Origin: Candidatus Sungiibacteriota bacterium
GTDB taxonomy: Bacteria; Patescibacteriota; Minisyncoccia; Sungbacterales; HO2-52-23
Direction: 5' to 3'
Assembly (NCBI GenBank): GCA_016180435.1
Contig: JACPBG010000003.1
Location: 13,791 to 77,790, forward strand
Length of the DNA stretch: 64,000 nucleotides
In this document: positions 63,464 through 64,000 of the stretch, one piece after another
How the letters are laid out: each line of letters opens with the position of its first letter
Position numbering within the stretch: position 1 is the stretch's first letter
Notes under the pieces: model-generated
Seen by the model: the letters and a program-made list of their open reading frames with translations, nothing else
Database searches by the model: none
Told to the model about the DNA's origin: nothing
Position numbers and translations under genes: made by a program

Positions 63464-64000
63464 TCAGGTGTTTTTGTTGATTATTCCCACTGCTTTTTCC
63501 TGTTCTCCGGTTGCGAATGCCCCGACGCCCTCAAAGATTTTCTTTTCGAGTTTGCGGATTTGTTTTTGTTCATCCGGTTTAAGTTTCTGCAACACAAGCT
63601 TTTCCGCCTCTACGCGTTTTTTGCGCCCGCCTTTGGCGAGGCTCGCCCCAAAGGGCGGCTGGATTCCGACACGAAGCCGCCAAAAATCCCAACTTCCTAA
63701 AGCGCGTTTTATCGATTCCACCCCTTTATGGCCTGCTGAATGCTTATGGAATGAAAGTTTGGCGCGGCCAAGCAAAATATCGGCGTCATCATGAAGCACT
63801 ATCGTATCACGCGGTTTTACTTTATAAAATCGGGCTACGGGACCCGCGGCATTTCCGGATTTATTCATAAAGGTATCGGGCAGGAGTAGTGTGGCTTTTA
63901 TTTTTTCGATTCTGCCTTCGGAAATAAGCGCGTTCCATTTTTTTTCAAATTTAAATTCTGGAAAGCCGAATTTATTTCCGATGGATTGTGCGGTTTCGCG
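63464..64000 (-). CDS. pth: Peptidyl-tRNA hydrolase (5' end beyond window)
   Basis: Reverse-strand translation continues past the annotated Met to the window edge (…IGNKFGFPEFKFEKKWNALISEGRIEKIKATLLLPDTFMNKSG…HKHSAGHKGVESI). Contains an in-frame GGCGAGGCTCGCC element at 63625-63659. Confidence 0.85.
   Translation of the reverse strand, partial: RETAQSIGNKFGFPEFKFEKKWNALISEGRIEKIKATLLLPDTFMNKSGNAAGPVARFYKVKPRDTIVLHDDADILLGRAKLSFHKHSAGHKGVESIKRALGSWDFWRLRVGIQPPFGASLAKGGRKKRVEAEKLVLQKLKPDEQKQIRKLEKKIFEGVGAFATGEQEKAVGIINKNT
63625..63659. repeat. GGCGAGGCTCGCC palindromic element copy in-frame in pth (PFGASLAKGG on the minus strand)
   Basis: cccgcctttggcgaggctcgccccaaagggcggct. Confidence 0.8.

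Overview
The window is a gene-dense stretch of a low-GC, small-genome bacterium, probably a Patescibacteria/CPR-like lineage. That guess rests on aaRS genes with extra domains, a short Mfd, short RecO, pilin-like proteins and many signal-peptide hypotheticals. Most genes are housekeeping: ileS (5'-partial), glyQS, metG, leuS, tatD, ilvE, glmS, glyA, folD, tsaC, parA, parB, relA/spoT, topA, dprA, mfd and pth (5'-partial at window end). There is one tRNA-Leu(CAA), and no rRNA or CRISPR. Three things stand out. (1) A very high load of short repeat and palindromic elements sits IN-FRAME inside essential genes, and the same element families also occur intergenically as MITE-like units with terminal inverted repeats. 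The in-frame families are: CCAAAT/TTCCAAA heptad runs; GAACTTAGAA runs; a ~35-bp GGCGAGGCTCGCC-centred palindrome in metG, leuS, topA and pth; and CCCCGTTAGAG-TIR and CGAGGCTAAGCCTCGATAG palindromes in mfd. (2) aaRS genes carry foreign hydrolase domains in single ORFs: IleRS has a histidine-phosphatase (RHG) domain, and LeuRS has an alpha/beta serine hydrolase plus a Nudix-like domain flanking or inside the CP1 editing domain. (3) A small accessory island (about 38.7-41.2 kb) holds two paralogous RelE/ParE toxin-antitoxin cassettes with identical terminator-promoter flanks and divergent cores, small membrane proteins and a prepilin. Elsewhere there is a DUF4258/DUF2283 pair, two DUF5678 genes (one overlapping a retropepsin-like aspartic protease in the +1 frame), a MazG-like/dCTP-deaminase-like cluster, a cysteine-rich zinc-ribbon repeat protein with a disrupted N-terminus, and two families of structured intergenic repeats whose copies show compensatory base changes.
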